Shown here: one piece after another, positions 18,248 to 27,136 of the stretch
Position numbering within the stretch: position 1 is the stretch's first letter
How the letters are laid out: each line of letters opens with the position of its first letter
Origin: Spirochaetia bacterium
Lineage (GTDB): Bacteria > Spirochaetota > Spirochaetia > CAKZLE01
Reading direction: 5' to 3'
NCBI GenBank assembly: GCA_963677595.1
Contig: OY782041.1
Location: 160,001-224,000 of the forward strand
Length of the DNA stretch: 64,000 nucleotides
The notes under the pieces: model-generated
What the model was told of the DNA's origin: nothing
Databases searched by the model: none
The model's input: only the letters and a program-made list of their open reading frames with translations
Made by a program: the position numbers and the translations under genes

Positions 18248-19114
18248 TTACTCTATGTTTCTCAACTGTTCTCTGATGTTCTCCAGGCTGTCCTTCATCG
18301 CCACGACAGCCTGGTTGACCTCGACCATCACGCTCTTAGAGGCGATGGTGTTTATCTCCCGGTTGAGCTCCTGGCAGAGGAAATCAAGGCGCTTCCCGAC
18401 CGGCGTGTGCCCCGTCATCTCCTCCCGGAAATGGGCAAGGTGGCTCTCGATCCTGCTGATCTCCTCATTGACCGTGTACTTCATGAGGAGGACTGCGACC
18501 TCCTGGAGGACCCGGTTCTCATCATACTCCCCGCCGGTGAGCTCCTCGAACCTGGTCACCAGGTTTGAGCGGATCGTCTCCTCGAGCAGGCCTGCCCGCT
18601 CCTGTATGAGCCGGTACTGCTCCTCGAAGGAATCGAGCTGCCCGAGGATATCGCGGAAGGTGCTCTCACCCTCGCTTATCTTGGTAGCCTCGAATCCCAC
18701 CAGGGCGATCCCCATCTGCTCGATGATGACCTCTTCATACGCTGAGACATCGGAGTTCTTCACCAGCTTGAGCACCTCATCGGCATGGAGGAAATGGCTC
18801 AGCCGCGGCTCCTCGTCCAGCCCCGCGATATCGATGATCTTCTTGAACGCCTTCTTGTAGCTGTCGACCACACCGGCATCCACCACCACATCTGCATCAC
18901 CGGAGAGCCGCTTCAGGCGGATGTTCACTTCTATATGGCCCCGTGCCGCTACAGCCTTGACCATCTCCTTCAGCTTCGCCTCGTAGCAGGCGAGGTAGCC
19001 GGGTATATTGAACGCAAGATCGAAGTACCGGTTGTTATAGGACTTCACATCGATCACCAGGAGGAACTGCTCGTCCTGGTATTCACTGGTACCGAACCCA
19101 GTCATACTCTTCAT
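18248..19114 (-). CDS. yicC: YicC/YloC-family endoribonuclease
   Basis: MKSMTGFG, KSYNNRY, EEISRIESH, GKRLDFLCQELNREINTIASK. Confidence 0.95.
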   Translation of the reverse strand: MKSMTGFGTSEYQDEQFLLVIDVKSYNNRYFDLAFNIPGYLACYEAKLKEMVKAVAARGHIEVNIRLKRLSGDADVVVDAGVVDSYKKAFKKIIDIAGLDEEPRLSHFLHADEVLKLVKNSDVSAYEEVIIEQMGIALVGFEATKISEGESTFRDILGQLDSFEEQYRLIQERAGLLEETIRSNLVTRFEELTGGEYDENRVLQEVAVLLMKYTVNEEISRIESHLAHFREEMTGHTPVGKRLDFLCQELNREINTIASKSVMVEVNQAVVAMKDSLENIREQLRNIE

Positions 19115-19118
19115 CTAT

Positions 19119-20519
19119 CTATTCCCCTTCGGTCATGGTATCGAGAAGATACTCACCTATGAATCGATTATTACCTGCTCCCATAGTAATGAACAAATCG
19201 CCGGGTTGCAACCGTGACCTGATCTCCCTGAGGTCAGCTTCCCCGGTCCCCAGGAACCGCCCGCCCCCTACTGCCCCGGCAAGTGTCCTGCTCCACCGCT
19301 GGGCTGACCCGCTGTCGCTGTCAGCCTCCCGCACGGTCGTCCAGACAGGGTGGATGTACACCTCATCCGCGACCCCGAAGGCGTCGGCGAACTCGGCGAA
19401 GAGCGCCTGTGTCCTCGAGATCGTATGGGGGATGAAGTCAACAACCAGCCGGTTCGGCTGGTAGAACTCCCGGAGGGCCCCGAGGGTCGCAGAAATCTCC
19501 TCCGGGTGGTGACCGTAGTCATCGACGATGGTCACCCCACCAGCTGTACCGATCAGCTCGGATCTCCTCAGGCAGCCTGGATACCCTTCCGTATGGGGGA
19601 GCACCGTGCCCAGGGCCGTACCGGTCATGATGGACACCGCAGCCGCAGCCGCAGCCATGTTCCTCACCATATGGGCTCCCGGGACCCTGAGTGCTATCTG
19701 CACCCCGGCCATCTCGGCAGTCACCTTGCCCGTTGACTGCCTGATCCCGGATATCCCGCAATCCCCGACGGCACCCACACCATAGGGGACAGCCTTCACA
19801 TCAGGCCGTCCGGAGATGAACGCCCGGACCAGGGCATCGACCTCTGGGTCCTCACAGGCGTAGACCACCGCACCGCCCGGTGCAAGTCTCCCCAGGAACC
19901 GCCTGAACGAAGACCGTACCGCCTCCATGCTCCCGAAGTGGTCAGGGTGGTCGAGGCTCATGCTCGTCAGGATGATGACCTCGGGTGAGTAGGCAAGAAA
20001 ATGGTCACGATACTCACAGGCCTCGATGAAGAGCGGCAGCTGCCCACCGGGCAGGGAGGAGACCGGTCCCCGCTCCTGGAGGGCTGTCCCGTAGATGGAG
20101 AGATGAGGAATCCCCAGAGCCTGCATGAGGTGGTCGGCCATGGCAGAGGTCGAGCTCTTCCCATGGGTCCCCGCAACGGCACAGGTGGGGTACTGCGCGG
20201 AGAGCTCAGCGAGCACATCGACGTACGTCATGACCTGGAGGCCTCGTTTGAGCGCCTGTGCGAGTTCCTCGTTATTCTCAGCCGTATACGCCGGGGATGC
20301 CACGACCAGTGAGGTATCCGGGGGTATGTTCCCCGTCCTGAATCCCTCACAGACTGCTATCCCCTCCTCTTCGAGGAGTTCGTCTGTGTAGAACCGTTCG
20401 GCGATATCGCTGCCTGAGACGACTGCCCCCGCCCGCTGCAGTGCCGCAGCCAGCGAGGCCATCCCCGTGCCCTTGATCCCTATCAGGTATATATGTCTGC
20501 CGGTGATCTCATCGAACAT
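19119..20519 (-). CDS. murC: UDP-N-acetylmuramate-L-alanine ligase
   Basis: IGIKGTGMASLA, AGTHGKSST, EACEY, DHPD, DDYGHHPEE, TMGAG. Confidence 0.92.
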   Translation of the reverse strand: MFDEITGRHIYLIGIKGTGMASLAAALQRAGAVVSGSDIAERFYTDELLEEEGIAVCEGFRTGNIPPDTSLVVASPAYTAENNEELAQALKRGLQVMTYVDVLAELSAQYPTCAVAGTHGKSSTSAMADHLMQALGIPHLSIYGTALQERGPVSSLPGGQLPLFIEACEYRDHFLAYSPEVIILTSMSLDHPDHFGSMEAVRSSFRRFLGRLAPGGAVVYACEDPEVDALVRAFISGRPDVKAVPYGVGAVGDCGISGIRQSTGKVTAEMAGVQIALRVPGAHMVRNMAAAAAAVSIMTGTALGTVLPHTEGYPGCLRRSELIGTAGGVTIVDDYGHHPEEISATLGALREFYQPNRLVVDFIPHTISRTQALFAEFADAFGVADEVYIHPVWTTVREADSDSGSAQRWSRTLAGAVGGGRFLGTGEADLREIRSRLQPGDLFITMGAGNNRFIGEYLLDTMTEGE

Positions 20520-20549
20520 ACTCAAGGATTATAACATCTCCCGAGGGAT

Positions 20550-20586
20550 AAAAAAAAGACCATTCCTCTAAAGAGAACGGTCTTTC
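20550..20586 (-). terminator. Intrinsic terminator of the small Zn-finger gene
   Basis: Minus strand GACCGTTC...GGAATGGTC hairpin followed by a T run. Confidence 0.75.
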
Positions 20587-20608
20587 TATCCGGGTACTAC
20601 CCTGCTGA

Positions 20609-20803
20609 TTAGAGCGCTTTCAACGCATCCTGCTTATGTCCATTCTTCAGCGCAGCATCGCACTGCTTGCAAACCATGACTTTCTTCTCATTAGCTTCTT
20701 TTTCATACAAGAGCTTGATACCTGATCGTTTGCAAATGGGACAAGTGCCTCTCCCTCGACCAACCTGATCCAGGATACCGGCGCCTCTATGTGCTTTAGC
20801 CAT
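20609..20803 (-). CDS. Small basic CxxC...CxxC zinc-finger protein; candidate spirochaete ribosomal protein (bL38-like)
   Basis: 64 aa MAKAHRG...GRGTCPICKRSG...VCKQC; GAGGAG RBS; own TTGACT-N17-TATAGT promoter and terminator. Confidence 0.8.
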   Translation of the reverse strand: MAKAHRGAGILDQVGRGRGTCPICKRSGIKLLYEKEANEKKVMVCKQCDAALKNGHKQDALKAL

Positions 20804-20925
20804 AGTCAACTCCTCACTATATTAACAAAGTCTGTAACCGACTATAGTTATCAGAGAGAAAAAAGTCAAGGGAGTTTATGCACCAAAACTGCATCTGGGG
20901 CAGATAAAAAAAATGGAAAAAGTAC

Positions 20926-20954
20926 TTTACAAAGTGTTTCTACTTATAGTAACA
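20926..20954 (+). promoter_or_regulatory. Candidate trpR-trpB promoter with overlapping imperfect palindrome (putative TrpR operator)
   Basis: TTTACA -35-like box; TGTTTCTACTTATAGTAACA (20935-20954) is symmetric at 14 of 20 positions. Confidence 0.45.
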
Positions 20955-21003
20955 TGCTCATAACGCAAATGTTTCTTCCTACAGAAACAACTATGGGGAT
21001 GAT

Positions 21004-21297
21004 ATGCAGCACGAAATGGCGTATATACAGGAGGACCTGACCGAACTGATCGGGATCCTCACGAAGATCGACACGACCGAGAAGATGCAGCGGCTCTTCG
21101 AGGAGCTGTTCACACAGAAAGAGAAATATGACTTCGCCCTTCGGTGGCGACTCATGAAGGACCTGTACGACGGGAAACCGCAGCGGGAGATCGCTGCCGA
21201 CCTGAAGATAAGCCTCTGCAAGATAACAAGGGGCTCGAAGATCCTCAAGCAGGAGGATTCATGTATGCTAGAACTGATCAAGGAGAAAGAACTATGA
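21004..21297 (+). CDS. trpR: Trp repressor (TrpR/YerC family)
   Basis: FEELFTQKE...LRW...[24 protein letters not shown] helix-turn-helix. Confidence 0.88.
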   Translation: MQHEMAYIQEDLTELIGILTKIDTTEKMQRLFEELFTQKEKYDFALRWRLMKDLYDGKPQREIAADLKISLCKITRGSKILKQEDSCMLELIKEKEL

Positions 21298-22496
21298 GTA
21301 TGATCACACCGGACCTGCCCAATGAGAAGGGATATTTCGGAGCGTACGGGGGAGCCTACCTCCCGCCGCAGCTGCAGGAGATCATGGATGATATCACCTC
21401 ATCGTATGAGGAGATCAAGAACGACCCGGCATTCATCGAGGAGCTGAAGTACCTGAGGAAGCACTATATCGGAAGACCATCCCCCATCTACTATGCCGAG
21501 GCCCTCACGAAGAAGGTCGGCGGTGCCGAGATCTACATGAAGCGGGAGGACCTCAACCATACCGGGGCACACAAGATCAACCACTGCGTGGCTGAGGCCC
21601 TGCTGGCCAAGAAGATGGGTAAGAAAAAGATCATCGCCGAGACCGGTGCGGGGCAGCACGGGGTGGCTCTCGCTACCGCGGCGGCCCTGGTCGGGCTCGA
21701 GTGCGATATCTACATGGGCGAGGTGGACGTCGCCAAGGAGCACCCGAACGTCTCGAGGATGAAGGTTCTCGGCGCAAGGGTCATCTCCGTCGACCGGGGG
21801 ACGAAGACCCTCAAGGATGCCGTTGATGCAGCCTTCGAGGCCTATGTGGCAGACCCCGTCACCCAGCTCTATGCGATCGGCTCCGTGGTCGGCCCGCACC
21901 CATTCCCCATGATGGTCCGTGATTTCCAGGAGATCGTGGGGATAGAGGCCAGGGAGCAGTTCAGCGAGATGGCCGGCTGCAAGCCGGATGCCCTCGTGGC
22001 CTGCGTCGGCGGTGGATCCAATGCGATCGGGCTGTTCACCGCGTTCCTCGATGACAAGGAGATCGACATCTACGGGGTGGAACCCTCAGGGAAGAGCTTT
22101 AAGGAAGGAGAGCACGCCGCGACCCTCACCCTCGGGAAGCCGGGCGTCCTCCACGGGTTCTCCTGCTACCTCCTGCAGGATGACGAGGGACAGCCGCTGC
22201 CGGTCTACTCGATCGCAAGCGGGCTCGATTACCCCGGTGTCGGTCCGCAGCACAGCTACCTCAAGGATATCGAGCGGGTCACCTACGTGACGGCGAACGA
22301 TCTCGAGGCAGTCGATGCCTTCTATACCCTCTCACGGGTGGAAGGGATCATCCCAGCCCTGGAATCAGCACATGCGGTAGCCTATGCGATGAAACTCGCG
22401 AAGGAACTCGGGCCGGGGAAGAAGATCCTCCTCAACCTCTCCGGGCGAGGCGACAAGGATATCGACTACATCCTGGATAACTATCCGGCTGAATAA
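21294..22496 (+). CDS. trpB: Tryptophan synthase beta chain (TrpB1 type)
   Basis: [14 protein letters not shown] (PLP lysine), [38 protein letters not shown]; ATGA overlap with trpR. Confidence 0.97.
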   Translation: MSMITPDLPNEKGYFGAYGGAYLPPQLQEIMDDITSSYEEIKNDPAFIEELKYLRKHYIGRPSPIYYAEALTKKVGGAEIYMKREDLNHTGAHKINHCVAEALLAKKMGKKKIIAETGAGQHGVALATAAALVGLECDIYMGEVDVAKEHPNVSRMKVLGARVISVDRGTKTLKDAVDAAFEAYVADPVTQLYAIGSVVGPHPFPMMVRDFQEIVGIEAREQFSEMAGCKPDALVACVGGGSNAIGLFTAFLDDKEIDIYGVEPSGKSFKEGEHAATLTLGKPGVLHGFSCYLLQDDEGQPLPVYSIASGLDYPGVGPQHSYLKDIERVTYVTANDLEAVDAFYTLSRVEGIIPALESAHAVAYAMKLAKELGPGKKILLNLSGRGDKDIDYILDNYPAE

Positions 22497-22515
22497 CGGA
22501 AGGTACTTCGTGATG

Positions 22516-22539
22516 ACGGCCTGCAGGGATGCAGGCCGT
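22516..22539. terminator. Hairpin between convergent trpB and OMP genes
   Basis: ACGGCCTGCA-ggga-TGCAGGCCGT. Confidence 0.65.
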
Positions 22540-22547
22540 TCCTATGC

Positions 22548-23669
22548 CTAGAGGGCGAACCCGAAGGTGAGCTGGGCCTCGACATCTGAGCCGGTATAGG
22601 TCTCCGTCGGGTTCAGCGCATACTTGATCGCGTCGGTAGGTACCTGCAGGGCAGCATCCAGCTTCATGAAGGGGAGCACGATCCCGAGCCCGCCGGTATA
22701 GGTCCCCTCGGTGAAGTCAGGGCCGAAGAGCAGGTCGCCGATCGCCGGCAGGTCCTGGCGGAACCCGACCCTGAGGGCCATCTGCATGTATTCGAGGAAC
22801 CGCAGGTTCGTCTCAGTACCGATCGCCAGCACGCGATTGACATCATCCCCGATACCATGTACGTCAGCAGCGATGGTGAACTGGAGGATCCTGAAGTTCC
22901 CGTACTGGTCATAGGTGTCACTCTGGTAGGCGATCCCTGCATTGAGCCCCTGCACGATGCTGTCCACATCGAGCCGGATCTCGCTGTCATCCCCGTACAT
23001 GAAGTTGAGGAACTCATCGCTGTAGGCACCTATCGAGAAGTTCCCCAGGTCTATGAGGGCCCCGACCCCCATCAGGACCTGCTCCTCAGCGCCCAGGGAG
23101 GCATTGTACTCACCCAGGATGATCTCCTGAAGGAATGGGAGCAGTATACCCACAGCATCATCGACCGGTATATCGACACCGGTCTTCCTGTTGAGTTTGG
23201 TAGCCTTGAGATTCGCCCCCAGGGAGATCGGCCCGATCCCGGTAGAGAGCCCGACAAGCAGGGAGTTGTACTTCGCGACGTCGAAGGTGTACTCACTCTC
23301 CCCGTAATCGATATGCATGAAGTACTTCGAATAGAGGGCTATCCCCCAGTTCCTCGTGGTATAGAGGAACTCTCCCTCGACCTCGGGATTGACCAGGAAC
23401 CCGGTCACCGGTGCGTCCTGGCCGAAGAGGGTGCCGTCCGCACTGTCCCGTGCATCGATCCGCAGGGACATGGTATTGCGGTAGTGGCGCCTCAAGCCGG
23501 AGGGGTTGAGGTATAGCGCATTGGCATCATCTGCCAATGCCGTGTAGGCAGTACCCAGACCGAGTACCCGCGCATCGAAATGTTCCGTATCTATGCTTAA
23601 CGTCTCCGCTGAGACTCCAAATGTTGCCAGGAGGAGCAGCATGCCGACGACCAGTATCTTTCTCATCAC
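22548..23669 (-). CDS. FadL/PorV/UPF0164-like outer-membrane beta-barrel protein
   Basis: Signal peptide; ARVLGLGTAYTALADDANALYLNPSGL N-terminal hatch motif; alternating beta strands; ends QLTFGFAL. Confidence 0.72.
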   Translation of the reverse strand: MMRKILVVGMLLLLATFGVSAETLSIDTEHFDARVLGLGTAYTALADDANALYLNPSGLRRHYRNTMSLRIDARDSADGTLFGQDAPVTGFLVNPEVEGEFLYTTRNWGIALYSKYFMHIDYGESEYTFDVAKYNSLLVGLSTGIGPISLGANLKATKLNRKTGVDIPVDDAVGILLPFLQEIILGEYNASLGAEEQVLMGVGALIDLGNFSIGAYSDEFLNFMYGDDSEIRLDVDSIVQGLNAGIAYQSDTYDQYGNFRILQFTIAADVHGIGDDVNRVLAIGTETNLRFLEYMQMALRVGFRQDLPAIGDLLFGPDFTEGTYTGGLGIVLPFMKLDAALQVPTDAIKYALNPTETYTGSDVEAQLTFGFAL

Positions 23670-23814
23670 TCACCAACCCGTATGAACAGTTTTACTCTAA
23701 GAAGTAAACCAACGGAGGCGTCCTTAGTTACAGAAATGGTACACAATCTCCTTTGCCCTTCGAAGCCATGGGTCTCTTGACCTTGGGAAGTGAAACAGCC
23801 ATCATAGAGGTATC

Positions 23815-25074
23815 ATGCGAAAGAACACTCATAAAGATATATATATCCTGTCGATGGACGGCGGGGGGATACGCGGGGTCATCCCCGTGATGGTGCTGCA
23901 GGAACTCGAACGGATCCTGGCCGATTCGGGGACCCCGAGACCCGTCTCATCCTGCTTCGACCTGGTCGCCGGGACCTCCACGGGAGGGCTGATCGCCCTC
24001 GCCCTGGCAGCTCCCTACGACCGGCTCAACCTCGACTTCGAATCAGGGGAGCTGCCTCGGCGGGAACACATCCAGAAGAACGTCAGCATCATCGACATGT
24101 ACAAGCTCAGGTTCAGGGCCAACCACCAGATCCCGGAAGAACCTGAGGAGGGACCCCTCCCAGCAGCGGCAGAGGAGCCTGTTCAGGAATCCTCTCCACA
24201 GGCTCCTTCCTCCCTGCGCAGCAGGATACGCGACTACCTGCACTCGCGGTATCGAGACAAGAGCAGGACCCTCCAGAATGAAGCAGTCGAGCTGTCGAAG
24301 ATCCTCGCGATCTATGAGGAACAGGGGGAGAGGATCTTCCCCAAGAGTTCGTTCCGACAGCTTCAGGCGATCGGGCAGATGTTCGGCGACAAGTATGATG
24401 TCGCCTCACTGGAGCGGCTCCTCGACACTATCTTCTCCGACCTGACCATGCAGGAGGCGACCCTCCCCGTCGTCGTGACCACCTATGACTGCTACGGCGG
24501 GAACCCCTACCTGATCAGCTCCTATGGCAATCGGCAGTATACCATGCGGGATGCGGCGCGCGCGACCTCAGCAGCCCCGACCTATTTCTCCCCCCTGATG
24601 GCCTCCCCGATCGGGAGGGAGGATGAGCTTCACTGCCTCATCGACGGCGGGGTCTGCGTGAACAACCCCTCATTGGTGGCATACCTCGAGGCAAAGAAGC
24701 TCTTCCCTGATGCCGGCCACTTCCACATCCTCTCCCTGGGGACCGCTGCCGCCCGGTATTCCCTCTCTCGGGATGAGTTCATCGGGGGAGGCATGATCGG
24801 TTGGCTCGACCCGGCGAAGAACTTCCCGCTCTACCAGTCCATGACCACCAGCCAGTACGGGCTTACCGACTATGCATTGAACAGCCTGCCTGATGTATCG
24901 TATCATAGGATCGACGGGACACAGGGAACGAGGCACATCCGTCTTGACGATGCCGGGGAGGAGAACATCACCCGCCTCAAGGGCATCGGGCAGGAGGTGA
25001 TCAGGACATACCGCGACCAGCTGACCCGGTTCTGTGACGAACTGCTCACCAGAACACAGGGGGAACGATACTGA
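23815..25074 (+). CDS. Patatin-like phospholipase
   Basis: DGGGIRG, GTSTG nucleophile, SAAPTYF, DGG...NNP, LSLGT. Confidence 0.93.
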   Translation: MRKNTHKDIYILSMDGGGIRGVIPVMVLQELERILADSGTPRPVSSCFDLVAGTSTGGLIALALAAPYDRLNLDFESGELPRREHIQKNVSIIDMYKLRFRANHQIPEEPEEGPLPAAAEEPVQESSPQAPSSLRSRIRDYLHSRYRDKSRTLQNEAVELSKILAIYEEQGERIFPKSSFRQLQAIGQMFGDKYDVASLERLLDTIFSDLTMQEATLPVVVTTYDCYGGNPYLISSYGNRQYTMRDAARATSAAPTYFSPLMASPIGREDELHCLIDGGVCVNNPSLVAYLEAKKLFPDAGHFHILSLGTAAARYSLSRDEFIGGGMIGWLDPAKNFPLYQSMTTSQYGLTDYALNSLPDVSYHRIDGTQGTRHIRLDDAGEENITRLKGIGQEVIRTYRDQLTRFCDELLTRTQGERY

Positions 25075-25469
25075 TGCATCCGAAACAGGCTGAGATCGAG
25101 AAGAGACTGCGTGCCATGCTTGACGAACTGGACAGCTACCTGGAGGAGACCTACGGGGATGAGTTCTCCCTCCACCCCAACAGGCTCCCGAGGGGAGCGG
25201 CCGGCTCGCCCCTCTATGACGGGCTCTTCAGTGCCTCCTCGAAGTTCACCCTCGGCTACGGGACCGAGTACGGCAGGGGGTATGACATCGTCATCGATAT
25301 CTCCACGCTCGAGCTCGTCAGGAAGGAGGTCCGCAGCGGCATCGAGGATGATGCGGCACGGAAACTTACCAGCCTGCTGCCGAAGTACTTCCCTGAACGC
25401 AAGCTCACCGTCGTCAAGGAAGGGAACTACTACAAACTCATCGGGGACTTCTCTCTGGGCACGGTCTAG
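25074..25469 (+). CDS. Conserved-looking hypothetical protein coupled to the patatin
   Basis: 131 aa, TGATG stop/start overlap, host-like codon usage; LHPNR..RG and GYGTEYGRGY. Confidence 0.78.
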   Translation: MHPKQAEIEKRLRAMLDELDSYLEETYGDEFSLHPNRLPRGAAGSPLYDGLFSASSKFTLGYGTEYGRGYDIVIDISTLELVRKEVRSGIEDDAARKLTSLLPKYFPERKLTVVKEGNYYKLIGDFSLGTV

Positions 25470-26116
25470 GGCATACCGGCAACAGCCCGGAAGAGCGCCT
25501 GTGAAGCCTCCTGCATGAACTCCTTGAAGTCAGAAGGTCGCTCTCCCGCCATCGTATCGGAGATCACCCGGTAGACCATACAGGGGACAGAAGCCTCCTC
25601 TGCGGCGGCAATGACGGCATAACTCTCCATATCGGCAATCTGGACACCAAGCTCCCCGGTCAGCCAGGGGCTGTCCTCTACATACCCCTTCGTCAGGAAG
25701 ATGTCGGCGGTCCCGCAGCGGACTGCAGGGATCCCGTCCTCACGGGTGTCTGCCTCGGCATAGACCGGGAGCGTCCCGTTTATCATCCCGCGCTTCAGCC
25801 CGAACCGCCCGATGTTGAGGTCATACTGGACGGCATCCGTGACCTGGACGACCTCCCCAAGCCTGAGGGACGGATCGACCCCGGCAGCGATTCCCACGCA
25901 GAAGAGCCGCTGAGGGCTGAGCCGGGCGACCAGCGATGCGGTATGGATGGCAGCCTGTACCTTTCCCGACCCGATCACGGCAAGGACCGTCTCTCCGAAA
26001 GGGTCGAGCCTCCCTCGCAGGACAGGGAACCTGAAATCGCGGAGGAGTACGGTATCTTCGAGCTGGTCGGTGAAGTACCGAAGCTCCTCAGCCAGCGGGG
26101 CGATGATGAGGGTCAT
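25466..26116 (-). CDS. 5'-methylthioadenosine/S-adenosylhomocysteine nucleosidase family
   Basis: GSGKVQAA, GIAAG, TADIF, DMESYA, RVISD. Confidence 0.85.
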   Translation of the reverse strand: MTLIIAPLAEELRYFTDQLEDTVLLRDFRFPVLRGRLDPFGETVLAVIGSGKVQAAIHTASLVARLSPQRLFCVGIAAGVDPSLRLGEVVQVTDAVQYDLNIGRFGLKRGMINGTLPVYAEADTREDGIPAVRCGTADIFLTKGYVEDSPWLTGELGVQIADMESYAVIAAAEEASVPCMVYRVISDTMAGERPSDFKEFMQEASQALFRAVAGMP

Positions 26117-27000
26117 CAGTCGACCATCTCGTAGGTGCTGATCTGCACCGTATGGCGCAGGGTCTCGAGGACCCGCTCGACAAGGACCCCTTCCCGGTGC
26201 TCTATCTCATAGCCGAAGGTCGCCCTGATCGCCTGCAGGACGAACTGGATAGCCCGGTCGATCGCGATCGGCAGGCTGTCACGCTGCAGGAGGGAACCTG
26301 CGATTACGCTTGCGAACATATCGCCGGTCCCGGGGTAGGAAGCCGGTATATAGGTGCACTCGACCTTCCAGTAGCGGTTCCCGCTGCGGTTATAGGCATA
26401 GACGGAACTGAGGGCCTGCTTCCCCTTCACCGGGACGCTGGTGATGACCACCCGGTCCGGCCCGAGGTCCGAGAGCCGCTTCAGCCAGCCCTTGATCCGC
26501 TCAACGGTGATCTCCTGTGGGTATGGTTCCCCCAGCAGCAGGGCAGCCTCGGTGAAATTGGGGGTGATGACATCAGCCTTGGTCACGAGATGCCGCATGG
26601 CCTGTACCATGGGGTCGTCAAAGGGGCCGTAGAGCTCCCCGTCGTCCCCGAGGACAGGATCGATCAGGATCAGGGCCTCCCCGGGAACCGTGAAGGAGTC
26701 GATCAGCCGCTCGACCACGCTGATCTGGCGCTCTGACCCGAGGAACCCGGTATAGACGGCATCGAAGGTGATGCCGAGGGTCTCCCAGTGGTCGAGGATC
26801 GCTTCCATCTCCTCTGTGAGGTCCTTGAAGAAATAGTCGGAGAACCCGCTCGTCTGGGTAGAGAGCAGTGCCGTGGGGAGCGGACAGACCTGGGCACCGA
26901 GGGTCGAGAGGATCGGGGAGACTATCGTCAATGAGGACCTGCCGAACCCTGACAGGTCATGTACCGCGCATACCCGCGGGACGGGGTTTCGTGACTGCAT
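26116..27000 (-). CDS. pdxK: Pyridoxal/pyridoxamine kinase
   Basis: HDLSGFGRSSL, PTALLS, YTGFLG, DPVLGD, ITPNFTE, GTGDMFAS. Confidence 0.9.
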   Translation of the reverse strand: MQSRNPVPRVCAVHDLSGFGRSSLTIVSPILSTLGAQVCPLPTALLSTQTSGFSDYFFKDLTEEMEAILDHWETLGITFDAVYTGFLGSERQISVVERLIDSFTVPGEALILIDPVLGDDGELYGPFDDPMVQAMRHLVTKADVITPNFTEAALLLGEPYPQEITVERIKGWLKRLSDLGPDRVVITSVPVKGKQALSSVYAYNRSGNRYWKVECTYIPASYPGTGDMFASVIAGSLLQRDSLPIAIDRAIQFVLQAIRATFGYEIEHREGVLVERVLETLRHTVQISTYEMVD

Positions 27001-27136
27001 ACAAACGCCTCGCTTCTTTTTCCAGACCAGTATACATCCCCCATCATACTGTGGCAACCTGTTGATTGACCAACCGCAGCGTAGCGGCTATGCTGTTGGG
27101 TATAACCTATGGAGAAGAGTTACGGAGGGGATAACA

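Noticed and set aside
20789-21040. Possible trp attenuator leader peptide
   Set aside because: Only one Trp codon, lying inside trpR; no tandem Trp codons and no terminator/antiterminator set. The small hairpin at 20970-20989 has no U-tract
23815-25469. CBASS (CapV) or other defence island
   Set aside because: No CD-NTase, Cap2/Cap3 or other defence genes nearby; neighbours are housekeeping genes with host-like composition
26873-27136. N-terminal extensions in the ORF track (also at 21144, 43371, 58592, 62075)
   Set aside because: They overlap neighbouring genes or promoters; downstream starts with an RBS fit the family N-termini better
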